DNA of 64,000 bases from Macrostomum lignano (GCA_002269645.1 NIVC01003040.1:59666-123665), one strand, 5' to 3'; shown: positions 37,830 to 49,530, counted from the first letter of the stretch. A program made the numbers and translations. Notes: generated by a model from the sequence alone, not told the origin.

Positions 37830-38468
37830 GGTTCACCTGTTGAGACACCATTGGGTCACCTGTTGAGACACCGTGGGGTCACCTGTTAAGACACCGTGGG
37901 GTCACCTGTTGAGACACCGTGGGGTCACCTGTTGAGACACCGTGGGGTCACCTGTTGAGACACCATTGGGTCACCTGTTGAGACACCGTGGGGTCACCTG
38001 TTAAGACACCGTGGGGTCACCTGTTGAGACACCGTGGGGTCACCTGTTGAGACACCGTGGGGTCACCTGTTAAGACACCGTGGGGTCACCTGTTGAGACA
38101 CCGTGGGGTCACCTGTTGAGACACCGTGGGGTCACCTGTTGAGACACCATTGGGTCACCTGTTGAGACACCGTGGGGTCACCTGTTAAGACACCGTGGGG
38201 TCACCTGTTAAGACACCGTGGGGTCACCTGTTGAGACACCGTGGGGTCACCTGTTAAGACACCGTGGGGTCACCTGTTGAGACACCGTGGGGTCACCTGT
38301 TGAGACACCGTGGGGTCACCTGTTAAGACACCGTGGGGTCACCTGTTGAGACACCGTGGGGTCACCTGTTGAGACAGCAGGGGTCACCTGTTGAGACACC
38401 GTGGGGTCACCTGTTGAGACACCGTGGGGTCACCTGTTGAGACAGCAGGGGTCACCTGTTACGACACC
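37830..38468. repeat. 23-bp minisatellite (cctgttgagacaccgtggggtca), ~27 copies
   Basis: Period checked from 37834 to 37857; the array ends ~55 bp before the ALDH16 ATG. Confidence 0.95.
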
Positions 38469-38525
38469 AAAAGAGGCAGATCAATATTCTAGGAAGTTCT
38501 CCACCCCATCGCGCACTCCTCAGCC

Positions 38526-40631
38526 ATGCCGACCGACCTGAAGCGCATCATGCAGTCCGCCAGCTACCCCGCCGATGTGGAGCAGAGTCTGGAGCCGCTG
38601 CTCCGTTGGCTGCGGGACACCCCCGGGCTTGGCGGTCAAGTTCGGCCGTTCCGCTCCGGACAGTTTGTCGGCGATACGGCGGCTGCCGCGACTCCGCTGG
38701 CCAGCCCCTGGAGTTGCTGGTCGGCGTCGGTGACCGGTGTTTCGGTGCCGGCCGAGGCCTCAGCGAATGCAGAGCCGCCAGCCGCATCGACTGGCGACCT
38801 CGCCGAGGCGCTGCGGCGGCTGCGCAAAATCGCGACTAACAGGCGGGAGCTGAGCAGTCTGGCCGAGATCTTTGCCACCGGCCGGGCGCCGGCCGACGTC
38901 GCAGCCGACCTAGATAGCATCGACGCTCTGCTGGCCGACGCTGTCGAGCTGCCGCCTTCCCGACCGCTGCCGTCCATCGAGCTGGCAGTCATCGGCGGGC
39001 CGCGGCCGCTGCTCGACTGTTTCCGGCGGCTGTTGGCCTGCCTGGCTTCCGGCTGCGGCCTCTGCTTGGCCACCGCTGGGCCCGCCGACCCCGCCGCCCT
39101 GCCCTGCTGCCTGTTCGCCGCCATGGCTGCCGAAGCCAACTGGCCCGCCGGTCGCCTGGAGTTCCTACCGGGCATCGGCGCCATCCCGCAGCAGGTCAGC
39201 AGACTGTGGGCGCCTGCGGCAGCGGAGCCGCTGCTGTCCGGGCAGCTGCCGAAAGCGCTGGAGGCTGCCGCCTTCCGCGCCTCGCCGTCAGCCGCCTCAT
39301 CTCTGTTCGTCATCGCTCCGCCCTGCGATTTGGGCGCCGCCGCCGACGATCTGGCGATGTCGCTCGCCGCCTGCAACGGCCAGCTGGCCGAGACGCCCAA
39401 GCGGCTGCTGCTGCAGGAGTCTCTGGCCGGCGATTTCCTCGCCCTGCTGTCCGAGCGGATGAGCCGCCTGCGCGCCTCCGACCGGCCGCTCGTCTGCCTG
39501 GACGCAGGGCCGCCGCTGTCCGCGAGCTCGTCCGGCACGGCCGCCGCTTTGGCCAACGCCATTGTTGAAGGCGCCTCGGTGGCCGCCGCAGCTGCTGCCG
39601 CTGTCGATTCCAAGTCGGTCGGCTTCATCGCGCCGACCGTCCTGACGGGGCCGCAGCCGTCCGACCGGCTGCTGCAGACGCCGCACGCCGGCCCGCTGGC
39701 TGTCGCTCTCGTCTTCCGCTCGGCTGCCGAGGCGCTGAAACTGGCGGCAGCTGGCGGGCTGCCCGCAGACTCCGTGACGCTGCACTGCCAGCGCTCCAGC
39801 CTGCTGTGGGAGCTCATCCCCGGGTTCTCGCCCGCCGCCTCAGTGTGGGTGAACTCCCGGCCCAGGCCGCATCCGCTGGAGCCCGAGCTGGGGCCCAGGT
39901 GCGATCTGGCCTGGACTCTGTCGCCTGCGGATGTCGAAGATGAAGCTGAGAGTCTGGAGGTGTCGGTCGGCATCTGCCCGCTTGCGTCCGCAGCCGCAGC
40001 CGCTGAAGCCGCCCTGGCCATCGGCCGGTCCGCCAGCCGAACGGCCCGCTCCGATGCGGCCGCCTGCCTGGCCGAACTCGCCGACCGCTGCCCGCGCCGG
40101 CTGCGCGCCAGCCTCCCGGTCAGACCAGACGAAATCGGCGCCGCGCGCCTGGCGCCCGCGGGGCCCGCGTTCCCCGGCCAGGCGGCCGTGCGCGCCGTTC
40201 CGCCTGCCGCCCTGGTCATCGACGCCGGGGTCGAGTCGGCACGGACGGCACGCCAACTGCTTCGATTGGTCGCCCTGGCCGTTGCTATGCGAGTTCCGGT
40301 TGCCGTGGCAACGACCGGCGCCTGGGCGCCCAAAGCTCTGCTCGGCCTGCCGCAGGCCTGCGCTCCCCACTTCGTGGCGACGTCGCCGGCTGAGGCAGCC
40401 GAACTTCGCGCCCGCCTGCTGGCAGCTCGGCCGGCTGCGCTCTGCCTGCTCGGCGGCAACCGCGCCGACTTCGCCGGCCACCTCGGCGGCTGGCGGTCAG
40501 GCGCTGCCGCTGGCCGCCGGCTGCTGTTCTGCCCGGACGACTCGGACTCGGCGCCCGAGTTGGACGAGCTGCGACTCTGCCTGTGCCGTCAGTCGGCCGT
40601 GTGGCTGCCGGCCAAGCACTCGCTGGCCTAG
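38526..40631 (+). CDS. ALDH16A1: ALDH16A1-like aldehyde dehydrogenase-fold protein, single exon, 701 aa, probably non-catalytic
   Basis: The N-terminus 'LKRIMQSASYPADVEQSLEPLLRWL' resembles the ALDH16 N-terminus. ALDH motifs: 'PLL...LASGC...A', 'KRLLLQES', 'GFIAPTVLTG', 'AGPLAVALVFRSAAEALKLA', 'VWVN'. A second degenerate ALDH-like half ends in 'VWLP', giving the ALDH16 1.5-domain architecture. Confidence 0.75.
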   Translation: MPTDLKRIMQSASYPADVEQSLEPLLRWLRDTPGLGGQVRPFRSGQFVGDTAAAATPLASPWSCWSASVTGVSVPAEASANAEPPAASTGDLAEALRRLRKIATNRRELSSLAEIFATGRAPADVAADLDSIDALLADAVELPPSRPLPSIELAVIGGPRPLLDCFRRLLACLASGCGLCLATAGPADPAALPCCLFAAMAAEANWPAGRLEFLPGIGAIPQQVSRLWAPAAAEPLLSGQLPKALEAAAFRASPSAASSLFVIAPPCDLGAAADDLAMSLAACNGQLAETPKRLLLQESLAGDFLALLSERMSRLRASDRPLVCLDAGPPLSASSSGTAAALANAIVEGASVAAAAAAAVDSKSVGFIAPTVLTGPQPSDRLLQTPHAGPLAVALVFRSAAEALKLAAAGGLPADSVTLHCQRSSLLWELIPGFSPAASVWVNSRPRPHPLEPELGPRCDLAWTLSPADVEDEAESLEVSVGICPLASAAAAAEAALAIGRSASRTARSDAAACLAELADRCPRRLRASLPVRPDEIGAARLAPAGPAFPGQAAVRAVPPAALVIDAGVESARTARQLLRLVALAVAMRVPVAVATTGAWAPKALLGLPQACAPHFVATSPAEAAELRARLLAARPAALCLLGGNRADFAGHLGGWRSGAAAGRRLLFCPDDSDSAPELDELRLCLCRQSAVWLPAKHSLA

Positions 40632-41286
40632 GCTTGACGGGGGATCGAACCAAGGACCTTTTTGATACTTACTAGTAATTGCAATATTCCGTACTGCTCA
40701 ATATCAGTGCCCCTCTGAAATTCGAGATTATCGCTTAATCTGTAATGGGGAATTAATCAGGGTAGGCAAAGTCAAAGGGGTCGGTCGCCCTCTAGTAAAC
40801 CGGAATGGCTGCTAAAATACCGCAGTCAGCAATGCTCGCAGTGCCTGATCGCTTCTAACATTATTTAGTATCTTTCTTCGCTCAATCATGCGCGCAATGC
40901 CTACTCGCATATATAGCTTTTATTCAGTAGTATGCTTTGCAAACTAGCAGGTATTTTCTATCGTTGAACTTTCAAATTTAATTTCGACGCCTATCAAATT
41001 TCTTCGCTAGTCTGATTTTAATTTTCTCAATTTTGATTTCAAATTCGCGCCAAATTAGAAAAAAAACATTATTTAATTACATTCAGTAAATTTTGATGCT
41101 GATGTACTCGTAATTTCCTATTGCGGCGTTCTTCCAAATATACTTGCAGTTGAAGTCCTTCTGGTTCTACTCTGTTATATATATTTATTTACCAATAACT
41201 GACTCGCGGATCAGCTTAGCAGCCGATGAAACCGGATTAAACAAATCCTTTGCTATGCGCCCCGCCATTCCAGCCCAGAAAATCTC

Positions 41287-44200
41287 ATGCCGTCACTGTC
41301 GCCGCTGCTGCTGCCGCTTGCTGCCCTGCTGCTGCTGCTGGCATCCACCGGGCCTCGGGCCGCCCACTCCGCGCCCGCAGCTGCCGGCGCCGCCCTCTAC
41401 CAGGCCTCGGATCACGTGACTCCGCTGAAATTCGATGACCTCCGGGCCGTCGTCTATTCTGGCGAGCGTCGGCGGCACTGGCTGCTGCAGCTGTACCACC
41501 GGTACTGCGGCCACTGCATCAACTTCGCGCCCACCTTCAAGCGGTTCGCCAGCGATGTTAAAGGTTTGTAATGGGTGCACACCTCATTCACTCTGCACAC
41601 CTCATTCACTCTGCACACCTCATTCACTCTGCACACCTCATTCACTCTGCACACCTCATTCACTCTGCACACCTCATTCACTCTGCACACCTCATTCACT
41701 CTGCACAAACATTCACTCTGCACAAACATTCACTCTGCACACCTCATTCACTCTGCACAAACATTCACTCTGCACAAACATTCACTCTGCACACCTCATT
41801 CACTCTGCACAAACATTCACTCTGCACAAACATTCACTCTGCAATCCCCATCCACTCTGCACTCCCCATCCACTCTGCACTCCCCATCCACTCTGCACTC
41901 CCCATCCACTCTGCACTCCCCATCCACTCTGCACTCCCCATCCACTCTGCACTCCCCATCCACTCTGCACACCCCATCCACTCTGCACTCCCCATCCACT
42001 CTGCACTCCCCATCCACTCTGCACTCCCCATCCACTCTGCACTCCCCATCCACTCTGCACTCCCCATCCACTCTGCAATCCCCATCCACTCTGCACTCCC
42101 CATCCACTCTGCAATCCCCATCCACTCTGCACTCCCCATCCACTCTGCAATCCCCATCCACTCTGCACTCCCCATCCACTCTGCACACCCATTCACTCTG
42201 CACTCCCCATCCACTCTGCAATCCCCATCCACTCTGCAATCCCCATCCACTCTGCACTCCCCATCCACTCTGCACACCCATCCACTCTGCACTCCCCATC
42301 CACTCTGCACTCCCCATCCACTCTGCACACCCATTCACTCTGCACTCCCCATCCACTCTGCACTCCCCATCCACTCTGCACTCCCCATCCACTCTGCACT
42401 CCCCATCCACTCTGCACTCCCCATCCACTCTGCACTCCCCATCCACTCTGCACACCCATCCACTCTGCACTCCCCATCCACTCTGCACTCCCCATCCACT
42501 CTGCACACCCATCCACTCTGCACTCCCCATCCACTCTGCACACCCATCCACTCTGCACTCCCCATCCACTCTGCACTCCCCATCCACTCTGCACACCCAT
42601 CCACTCTGCACTCCCCATCCACTCTGCACACCCATCCACTCTGCACTCCCCATCCACTCTGCACACCCATCCACTCTGCACTCCCCATCCACTCTGCACA
42701 CCCACCCGCATTCCCCCGCTTTCACTCTCCTGTTTATCCGCTCTGTTCCTCCGCCGCCCCAGGCTGGTCGCACACGGTGGGCCTGGCCGTGATCGACTCG
42801 GCCGATTTCGCCCAGGTCATGACGCACTACGGCCTGAACGGGGTGCCCAGCCTGCTGTTCATTCCCAGCAACACCAGCTGGGAGCAAAAGTACTTCTCTT
42901 TGCTGAATTCCGAGGCCAACTTGATGGATCAGCTGTTGAATCAGCTGCAGCCGTTTGTGCCTCAGCTGGTGCCTCTGCAGTCGGGGTGAGTTATTAAACC
43001 TTCATACTAGTCTTTGTTGCATCCTTAACTCACTTAGTTAAGAATATTTTGATTGGAAACCGTTGTTAAGAGTCTTTGTTGAATGTTTTCTTTGTTACTG
43101 ACTTTGTCGCTTGTATCCTCATGTAGTCCATTTTTGCGTCCTTTTTGGGTTGGAAAGCCTCATTTGGTCTTTGTTGCATCATCTGAAACCCTCATCTGGT
43201 CTTTGTTGCATCATCTCAAACCCTCATCTGGTCTTTGTTGCATCATCTGAAACCCTCATCTGATCTTTGTTGCATCATCTGAAACCCTCATCTGATCTTT
43301 GTTGCATCATCTGAAACCCTCATCTGGTCTTTGTTGCATCATCTGAAACCCTCATCTGGTCTTTGTTGCATCATCTGAAACCCTCATCTGGTCTTTGTTG
43401 CATCATCTGAAACCCTCATCTGGTCTTTGTTGCATCATCTAAAACCCTACAAAGCCACTGCGTCTTTGTTGCTTGAAATTTTTACCCCTTCTTTCTATTG
43501 CCACGTCAAGTCTTTGTCCTTACAGACCTAATTACTCACGCCTGGAATACCCCTTTTCCGCTCTCCCAGTGAGGCCGCCAACAGCCCGGCGCTCCTAGAA
43601 GAAGCCAGTCCGGGCCGCCTCTCCCGCCGGCTCATTCTGGACAGCCTGCCCAGCTTGAGTCTTCGCTGGCGGCTCAACGCCGGTCTGAGCGGCGGCGCGG
43701 TCCGCGTCAGCCGGGTTCCCGCAGCCGGCGGCGGCAGCGCGGCCGCGCTGGGCGAATCCGCCAGCATCGATGAGCTTCGCCGCCTCTTGGCGCCGCCGCT
43801 GCGACCGCCATCTGCCGTGGCGCCGCCGGCCGCTGCCCCAAGCGTGATGGCGAAGGTCGCCCAGCCGTCCGACTCTTCATCTTCTCATGGCGAGCTCCGT
43901 CCGCCGACGCTGGACGACCTCCGGTCGGGCATCATCCGGGCGCTCGTCTCGGACGCGGCCGCCGTCAGCCTGGACAAACCCGGCGTCTGGCCGGCTGTGC
44001 GCGACTTTGTCCGCCTGCTGAACTCGCACCTGTCCGCCAGGTCGCTTGAGCTCGGCCGCCTGCTCCGGCCGCTGGCCGCCTGGCTGCCTGAGGAGCCGCC
44101 GAGCCACGACCGCTGGCTACGCGCCCTGGCCGACGCCGGCTTCCCGACGCGCCCGCCCGACGCCTGGGTCTCCTGCCGCGGCTCCAAGCCCTTCCTGCGT

Positions 44201-44815
44201 GGCTACCCGTGCAGCCTTTGGCAGCTGTTCCACACCCTCACAGCCGTGCGCTTCGCCACCGCCGGCGCCTCCGGCCCGCCTGTGATGCCCGTCATGCGCC
44301 GCTTCATCATCGCCTGCTTCTCCTGCCGCTACTGCGCCGAGAACTTCGACAAAGGCACCGCCGGCATGGAGGCGGAGATCGGCGCCCAGCCGGCGCCAGG
44401 CGTCGAGCTGCTGTACCTGTGGCGGAAGCACAACGCCGTCAATAACCGGCTGAGCGGCGAGTCCTCTGACGACCCCGCCTATCCGAAGGCCCGGTTCCCG
44501 TCCGCCGCGCTGTGCTCCGAATGCGCCGAGGGTGCCGCCTCCGCGGACGCGAACGCCGCCGCATTCCTGCTTCGCTGGTACGGGCCGGGCGCCGGCTGGG
44601 CCAGCCATCCGGAAGGCGACAGCGACTTTGCCAAGCCGGCCATCAGCACCGTCGACATAATGGGCTTCTCCCGGCTCGACCTGGTCATTGTGGCGCTGTG
44701 CTTTGCCTGCGTGCTCAGCGTCCTTCTGGCCGTCTGGTGTCGCCTCAGCCGCAGCGGCCGCCGGCTGTGCAGGCGAGGCCTATCGCCGTTCCGACGCTCG
44801 CCCAGCCCCGTCTGA
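41287..44815 (+). CDS. QSOX: Quiescin sulfhydryl oxidase (QSOX); exons 41287-41563, 42763-42985, 43570-44815; ~581 aa
   Basis: Signal peptide; Trx1 'WLLQLYHRYCGHCINFAPTF'; HRR; ERV/ALR 'CRGSKPFLRGYPCSLWQLFHTL', 'CRYCAENF', 'LWRKHNAVNNRL', 'DPAYPKARFPSAALCSEC'; C-terminal TM. Intron phases 1 and 2 were checked and the total of 1746 nt is in frame. Confidence 0.92.
41575..42712. repeat. 18-bp minisatellite in QSOX intron 1 (acctcattcactctgcac changing to tccccatccactctgcac)
   Basis: Seen directly; the unit type switches near 41845. Confidence 0.95.
43160..43450. repeat. 32-bp minisatellite in QSOX intron 2 (ctcatctggtctttgttgcatcatctgaaacc), ~9 copies
   Basis: Seen directly. Confidence 0.93.
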
Positions 44816-44949
44816 GCGAGGCCGAAAGTCACACCGTCTCCGATAGGTTTTGGGACTCTGTGGTAGCCGAAAAATTGATGTTATTACATGTCTTTCTGCG
44901 CTTTTGAAGGGTGGCTTGCGATTTCTACTTAGGCTAGTTTACGAGTATT

Positions 44950-45238
44950 TATGACTTCCGGTTGTCATCCGTTGCTTGGATTCGTACGCATGGATTTAGT
45001 TGATAAAGGAGGGCTTCCTGTTTCCATCCCAGGTTGATAAATTAGGAGTTCCGGTTGCTATCCCAGTTGATAAATTAGGACTTCCGGTTGCTATCACAGT
45101 TGATTAAGGATGACTTCTGGTTGCCATCCCAGTTGGTAAAGGATGACTTCCGGTTGCCATCCCAGTTGATAAAAGATGACTTCCGGTTGCCATCCCAGTT
45201 GATAAAGGATAACTTCCGGTTGCCATCCCAGTTGATCC
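44950..45238. repeat. Degenerate ~33-bp tandem repeat (gacttccggttgccatcccagttgataaaggat)
   Basis: About 7 copies, becoming more regular towards the 3' end. Confidence 0.8.
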
Positions 45239-46199
45239 GCTCACTCATAAAGTAAGCTATGCGTTAGTTTTTTATCAATACAGAGTAATGAGAAGCTGAG
45301 TGATCTCTTAATTTTTGCTTTTAAATAGTTTTTCATAGTATTTCCAATGGCTTTTGAGGTGACAGGAAATTAAAGAAAGCCATGAACTTGTGGGCTTTTT
45401 TTATTAATTTGTTGTGCTCCGATGTTCTCTGGTTTGTCTCGGTTTTGTTGTGATGAGGCGAACCAATATTGAATATTTTACTACGAGCCCGTAGTCACTG
45501 AAAGCAGACAAAGATCACAGACACAGTAATGTAGCTTGGCTTGATGCTTTTCCTTTGCGCTGTTTAAATTCGTGCGTTGCTATTCTTGCAAATCAGTTGA
45601 AGAATCTCGCTGAGACTAAACTCAATGTATTCGAATGGCTATACGAGTCTACCGAATAACTCCGCGGTGAGTTCATTAATTGTTCAAATTTTGTTGTTTG
45701 TTGCTTATGCAGAGGTGGAATTGTCCGTGATATTGCATTTTCTATGATTAATGTGTGCTTCTACTTGTCTTCACTGTGGTAACTGTTGTCGCGTTTTCAG
45801 CTGGACTAATTGTTGTGCGAGTTCCAACCCTCTATCTGATACTTATGCTAATTGCACTTTTAAAAAGAGAATGTCACAAGCTTGCCAGAGATTTAAGACA
45901 AATGCATCAGATTTGAAATTTATCAATTGAAAAGTGTCTTAACTTCCTTCTTTTATCCTTTCGACCTCCTATTGGCATAAAATCGGAGTAAAAATGCATT
46001 ACACATTGTGCTTTTCTTAGCCTCAGCGCTGCCAATTAGGTACGAATTAAATTCAGTTTAAATGTAGGGAAGCAAAACAGAGAGGCCTTCTAGTATACAT
46101 GTACTGTTGTACTTGACGCTGCAGCAGCTGAGTCGCAGGTTCTTACAAGAGACATCATTGACAATTTCTACTCAGTTAACTAGGCCTACTTAGTCGGTT

Positions 46200-47520
46200 C
46201 ACATACCCCCCCCCCCCCGAGGTCGCTTTCCTTTTACTGGCTGTGGGGTATGGACTTTGGGATTACGGCACAGCAGTCTGTCAACCTCATCCCCCATTCG
46301 CTTTTCAGCGGCCTATGGAGTACAACTCGTACCAAGGTGCACCCACCGCGTCCGTTGATGCTGCTGGAACGCCAACCAAGGTTGGTACCGCGGCTCAACC
46401 GGACATCCGACACACCGGAACTTTCATTGCCTCTCACTCTAGTAACCCTGCCGCCACTCAGGGTCATACTGAAGTGGCTAGACAACAGGGTAGAGTGTGA
46501 TAAATAGGCAATTAGATAATAGCATGCACGGTGAGCAATTATTGAGGCCCTAGACAAACCTACTTGGAGCGTTCGAAGATTTTAAAGCTATTAATCCTAA
46601 TCGCCTATCGCCGGTCGGCGAGTTCTACCAGTCTTCTCCAATAGCCGCAGGTACAGTACAGGAAAATAAAGAACACGAGGGAACACAAACCGAAGATTTA
46701 GAGAGTGATAATCCTATATGATACAAACTGATAATTGGCTAGACGATTTAATTTGATTACTCAAGTTACAGGATTCAAGCAAATTCGCGACGCAGATAAT
46801 TAGACTGATGATAACGAATAGTAACGATTAATAATAATGATTATATTACGCACTGACAAGCGGATCTCAGCTTGAAGAAGAAGAAGGAGGCACCGAACAC
46901 AGGACCACGGAGAAAGACTCCTAACCCCTGGCCTAAGCCAAAACCTACTCTCAAACGAGAGCCCTGCCGAATCGACCGTTCAACGGAGTACCGACTAAAT
47001 TCTATCGGCACTGCCCTTCAGTGTAACACTGAGGCCCTCGGGGTCGAGGCCGCGTACTTGATCAGATCCGACAGTCTCTATCTAACCGCGCTTGATAGCG
47101 ACGACTTCAGACAGGAATTTGCCGTAGACGTTACGCCACAAGACTACTGCGGTTGGGCGGGAACAAAGATACGGACCGGGGTGATGAATTCAGGCGCCTC
47201 AAAGCGCGAACCAACAAGAGGAGAAAAATCGGGCCACCGGCCGGGAAGCTGGACAAGACAAAACCGGGGAAAGGGAGAGAGAAGGCGAGATCCGATTGCC
47301 AAATACACTTTCATTTATAGTCAGAGTCACAACCCCTCAAAACCCCCCTCAAGCCGGGTGGTGGTCGTCTGGCCGGCCGCTTGCTTAAGCCGAATTGCAC
47401 TGTGCCCGCGGCGCCGGGTAGAATTGAAACTTGCCGCGTGCCAGGGTCCAGGCCGGTTCTGATTGGCTGGCCGCGCCAAGCTGGGGTTCGCAGAAAAACT
47501 CAACCCTCCGCTGAGTCACA
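46200..47520 (-). mobile_element. Possible LTR-like retroelement remnant
   Basis: On the minus strand it begins TGTGACTCAG at 47520 and contains a TATAAAT box. It ends at a G12 polypurine tract followed by taTGTGA, like a PPT plus the first bases of a second LTR. No TSD or PBS was found. Confidence 0.35.
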
Positions 47521-47640
47521 AATGGCGTCTAACTTCTAACCTGTTTACGCAAAATTGATTCCAACTAACAAGGAAAAAGTACACCAAAACGTATGACTAA
47601 ACTAAAGCAAAATAACAATTCAATAACAATATAGAAACTA

Positions 47641-49530
47641 ATGCAGTCAATTTACAACAAAATACACGCAAAGATGCTCACACTACAAGAGGGTCCCACA
47701 TCTCTAAGAAGAGAGTCCGTAGCATCGCCCGCTTCCAGGAATTCCGCCGGCGCAAAGCGGAAGAACAGAGGAGAGCGGAAGCCGCCTCTTCTGCCGCCTC
47801 TGAGGAGGCTGCCGGCAACTCTGCGAATCCCGCGGAGAAGCCGTCATCCCACAAAGTAGCGGACTCCGTGCGTCGGCCGGAAGCTTCGGATGGCACCAAA
47901 GCTTTTGGTGCGGCTGGCTCCTCCCGCGGCAGGACTCCTGCTCGTGAGGAAACTCCCACGGCTGCAGACGGATCCAACGCGGGGGGCGCTGGCCAAACCA
48001 CGCGTCCGAAGCGCACCTATGCGGATATGGCCAAAAGGCAGCCGACCCTGATTATTCAAGGCCAGGAAACGTCCCTTTCAGCCGAACAGCTCGACCAAAT
48101 CTGGCGCAGGTTGGATTCCCACCTGGTCAAGATGGCTCTGAGCGGCACTGTGCTTAAAGTCCTGAAGACGAGCGTTGAGGACCAGACACTCCGCATCCAA
48201 CCCGCCGATAGCCAGTCTGGGCAGCAGCTCCTTGAGCTCCTGAAAGCCTTCAACTGGGATGCGGAGTTGGGTAAACTGTTCATATACAGGGAGGACGAGC
48301 GACCCCGGACACACCGGCACCGTGCCTGGATTCCGGCTCGCAGTTCCATCACCAACGCCGACGAGCTGCGCCGCCTTCTGTTGGCAACCAATCCGAAACT
48401 GCCGGCAAATGGCGTCGTAGTTCATGAGACCATCGCCAAGCCGGGTGAAGATGGTTTCACGGCAATCCTTGGACTGTCTGATAGCTGGATGCTCCGCTAC
48501 CCGGACATGTCTCATATTTCTGCCGGGCTGACACGGATCCAAATCTTCAGCTTTGAATCCGACGCCACCCGTCCACCGTCCCCGGTGAAGCGTAAGCGGG
48601 CGAGCGGGAGCTCTGCCGGGCCGAACCGCCCAGGAAAAAGAGCTCCTGTGGGTCACGACCCCTCCTACTCGTAGGACGTGGACCCCGTCAGGCACAAAAC
48701 CGCGAAAGCTGAAGCAACAGGCGGACATGGGTAGGGCTAGAAACCCACCCGAAACACTATCCGCTATGATTTGCCTCTACGCGCGAAACAGCTGCTGGAC
48801 ACCGCCAAGGTTCGCAACCGCAGCAACCCCCAGTCCAGTGTCACCTCTTCGGCTCCCTCGGAAAACCGGGTCGAGAATGCGGATGCTGCCCCGGTGGCGG
48901 CCCCGCCCTTGACCATGCAAACCATCCGGGAGGAGCCCATTGAACTGGAGCCATCAGCGAGGTGGGATGCAGCTCTCCTGCTCCACAACTCGCCTTGAGC
49001 CAGCAGAAAGCTGCGCGGTCTATCTGTGGAATTCCGGCAATGGCCATTCTGCAGCTTAACCTGCACCACTGCATCGTAGCATCGACCCACCTGGCACAGG
49101 TGGTGGACTTCGTAAAATTGGGCATTGTCCTTATTCAATAGCCTTGTACAAAGGTAAGATTCGGAATATCCCTGCTGGTTTTGACTGTTTTCAGTCAATT
49201 CGTGTCTAACCTTAAAGCTTGGTACAAACCGGAACTCTCTGACAGCGACCTCTGTGTCATTCAATCCAATCACATTATCACCAACCGCACGGTCATCATC
49301 GCCTCGATTTATATCCCTGCCGTTCCGCCTAACCTCGCCTTCCTCGTGGCCTACTGATCTAACCGCAAGTTTGAGCTGCTGGTGGCGGGCGAAATTAACG
49401 CCCACCGCATACACTGGGGCAGTAATACCTCCAACGGCAGAGGCAAGGAACTCCTTGCTTATATCTGCACCACCAATAATGAGTTTTGCAATATCGGTGG
49501 AACTCCTACCTTCGACAACGGCCGTTGGAT
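47641..49530 (+). mobile_element. Degenerate non-LTR retrotransposon (R1-like) 5' part: ORF1 plus AP endonuclease, truncated before RT
   Basis: ORF1 47868-48674 has 'RTYADMAK...TNPKLP', similar to R1-type gag-like ORF1. From 49040 the APE motifs are 'ILQLNLHHC', 'LIQ*P', 'IASIYIP', 'GEINAHRIHWGSNTSNGRGKELLAYI', 'NIGGTPTF', interrupted by stops and frameshifts. Confidence 0.8.

Noticed and set aside
36171-42997. ORFs in the 20-bp and 18-bp arrays (ALQPHLWLYN, CTPHPL, IHSALP)
   Set aside because: Repeat-derived, open in multiple frames and on both strands; the QSOX one lies inside a phase-verified intron.
38636-44608. Long antisense and alternative-frame ORFs overlapping ALDH16, QSOX and similar GC-rich genes
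   Set aside because: Shadow ORFs expected from very high GC3; no recognisable domains.
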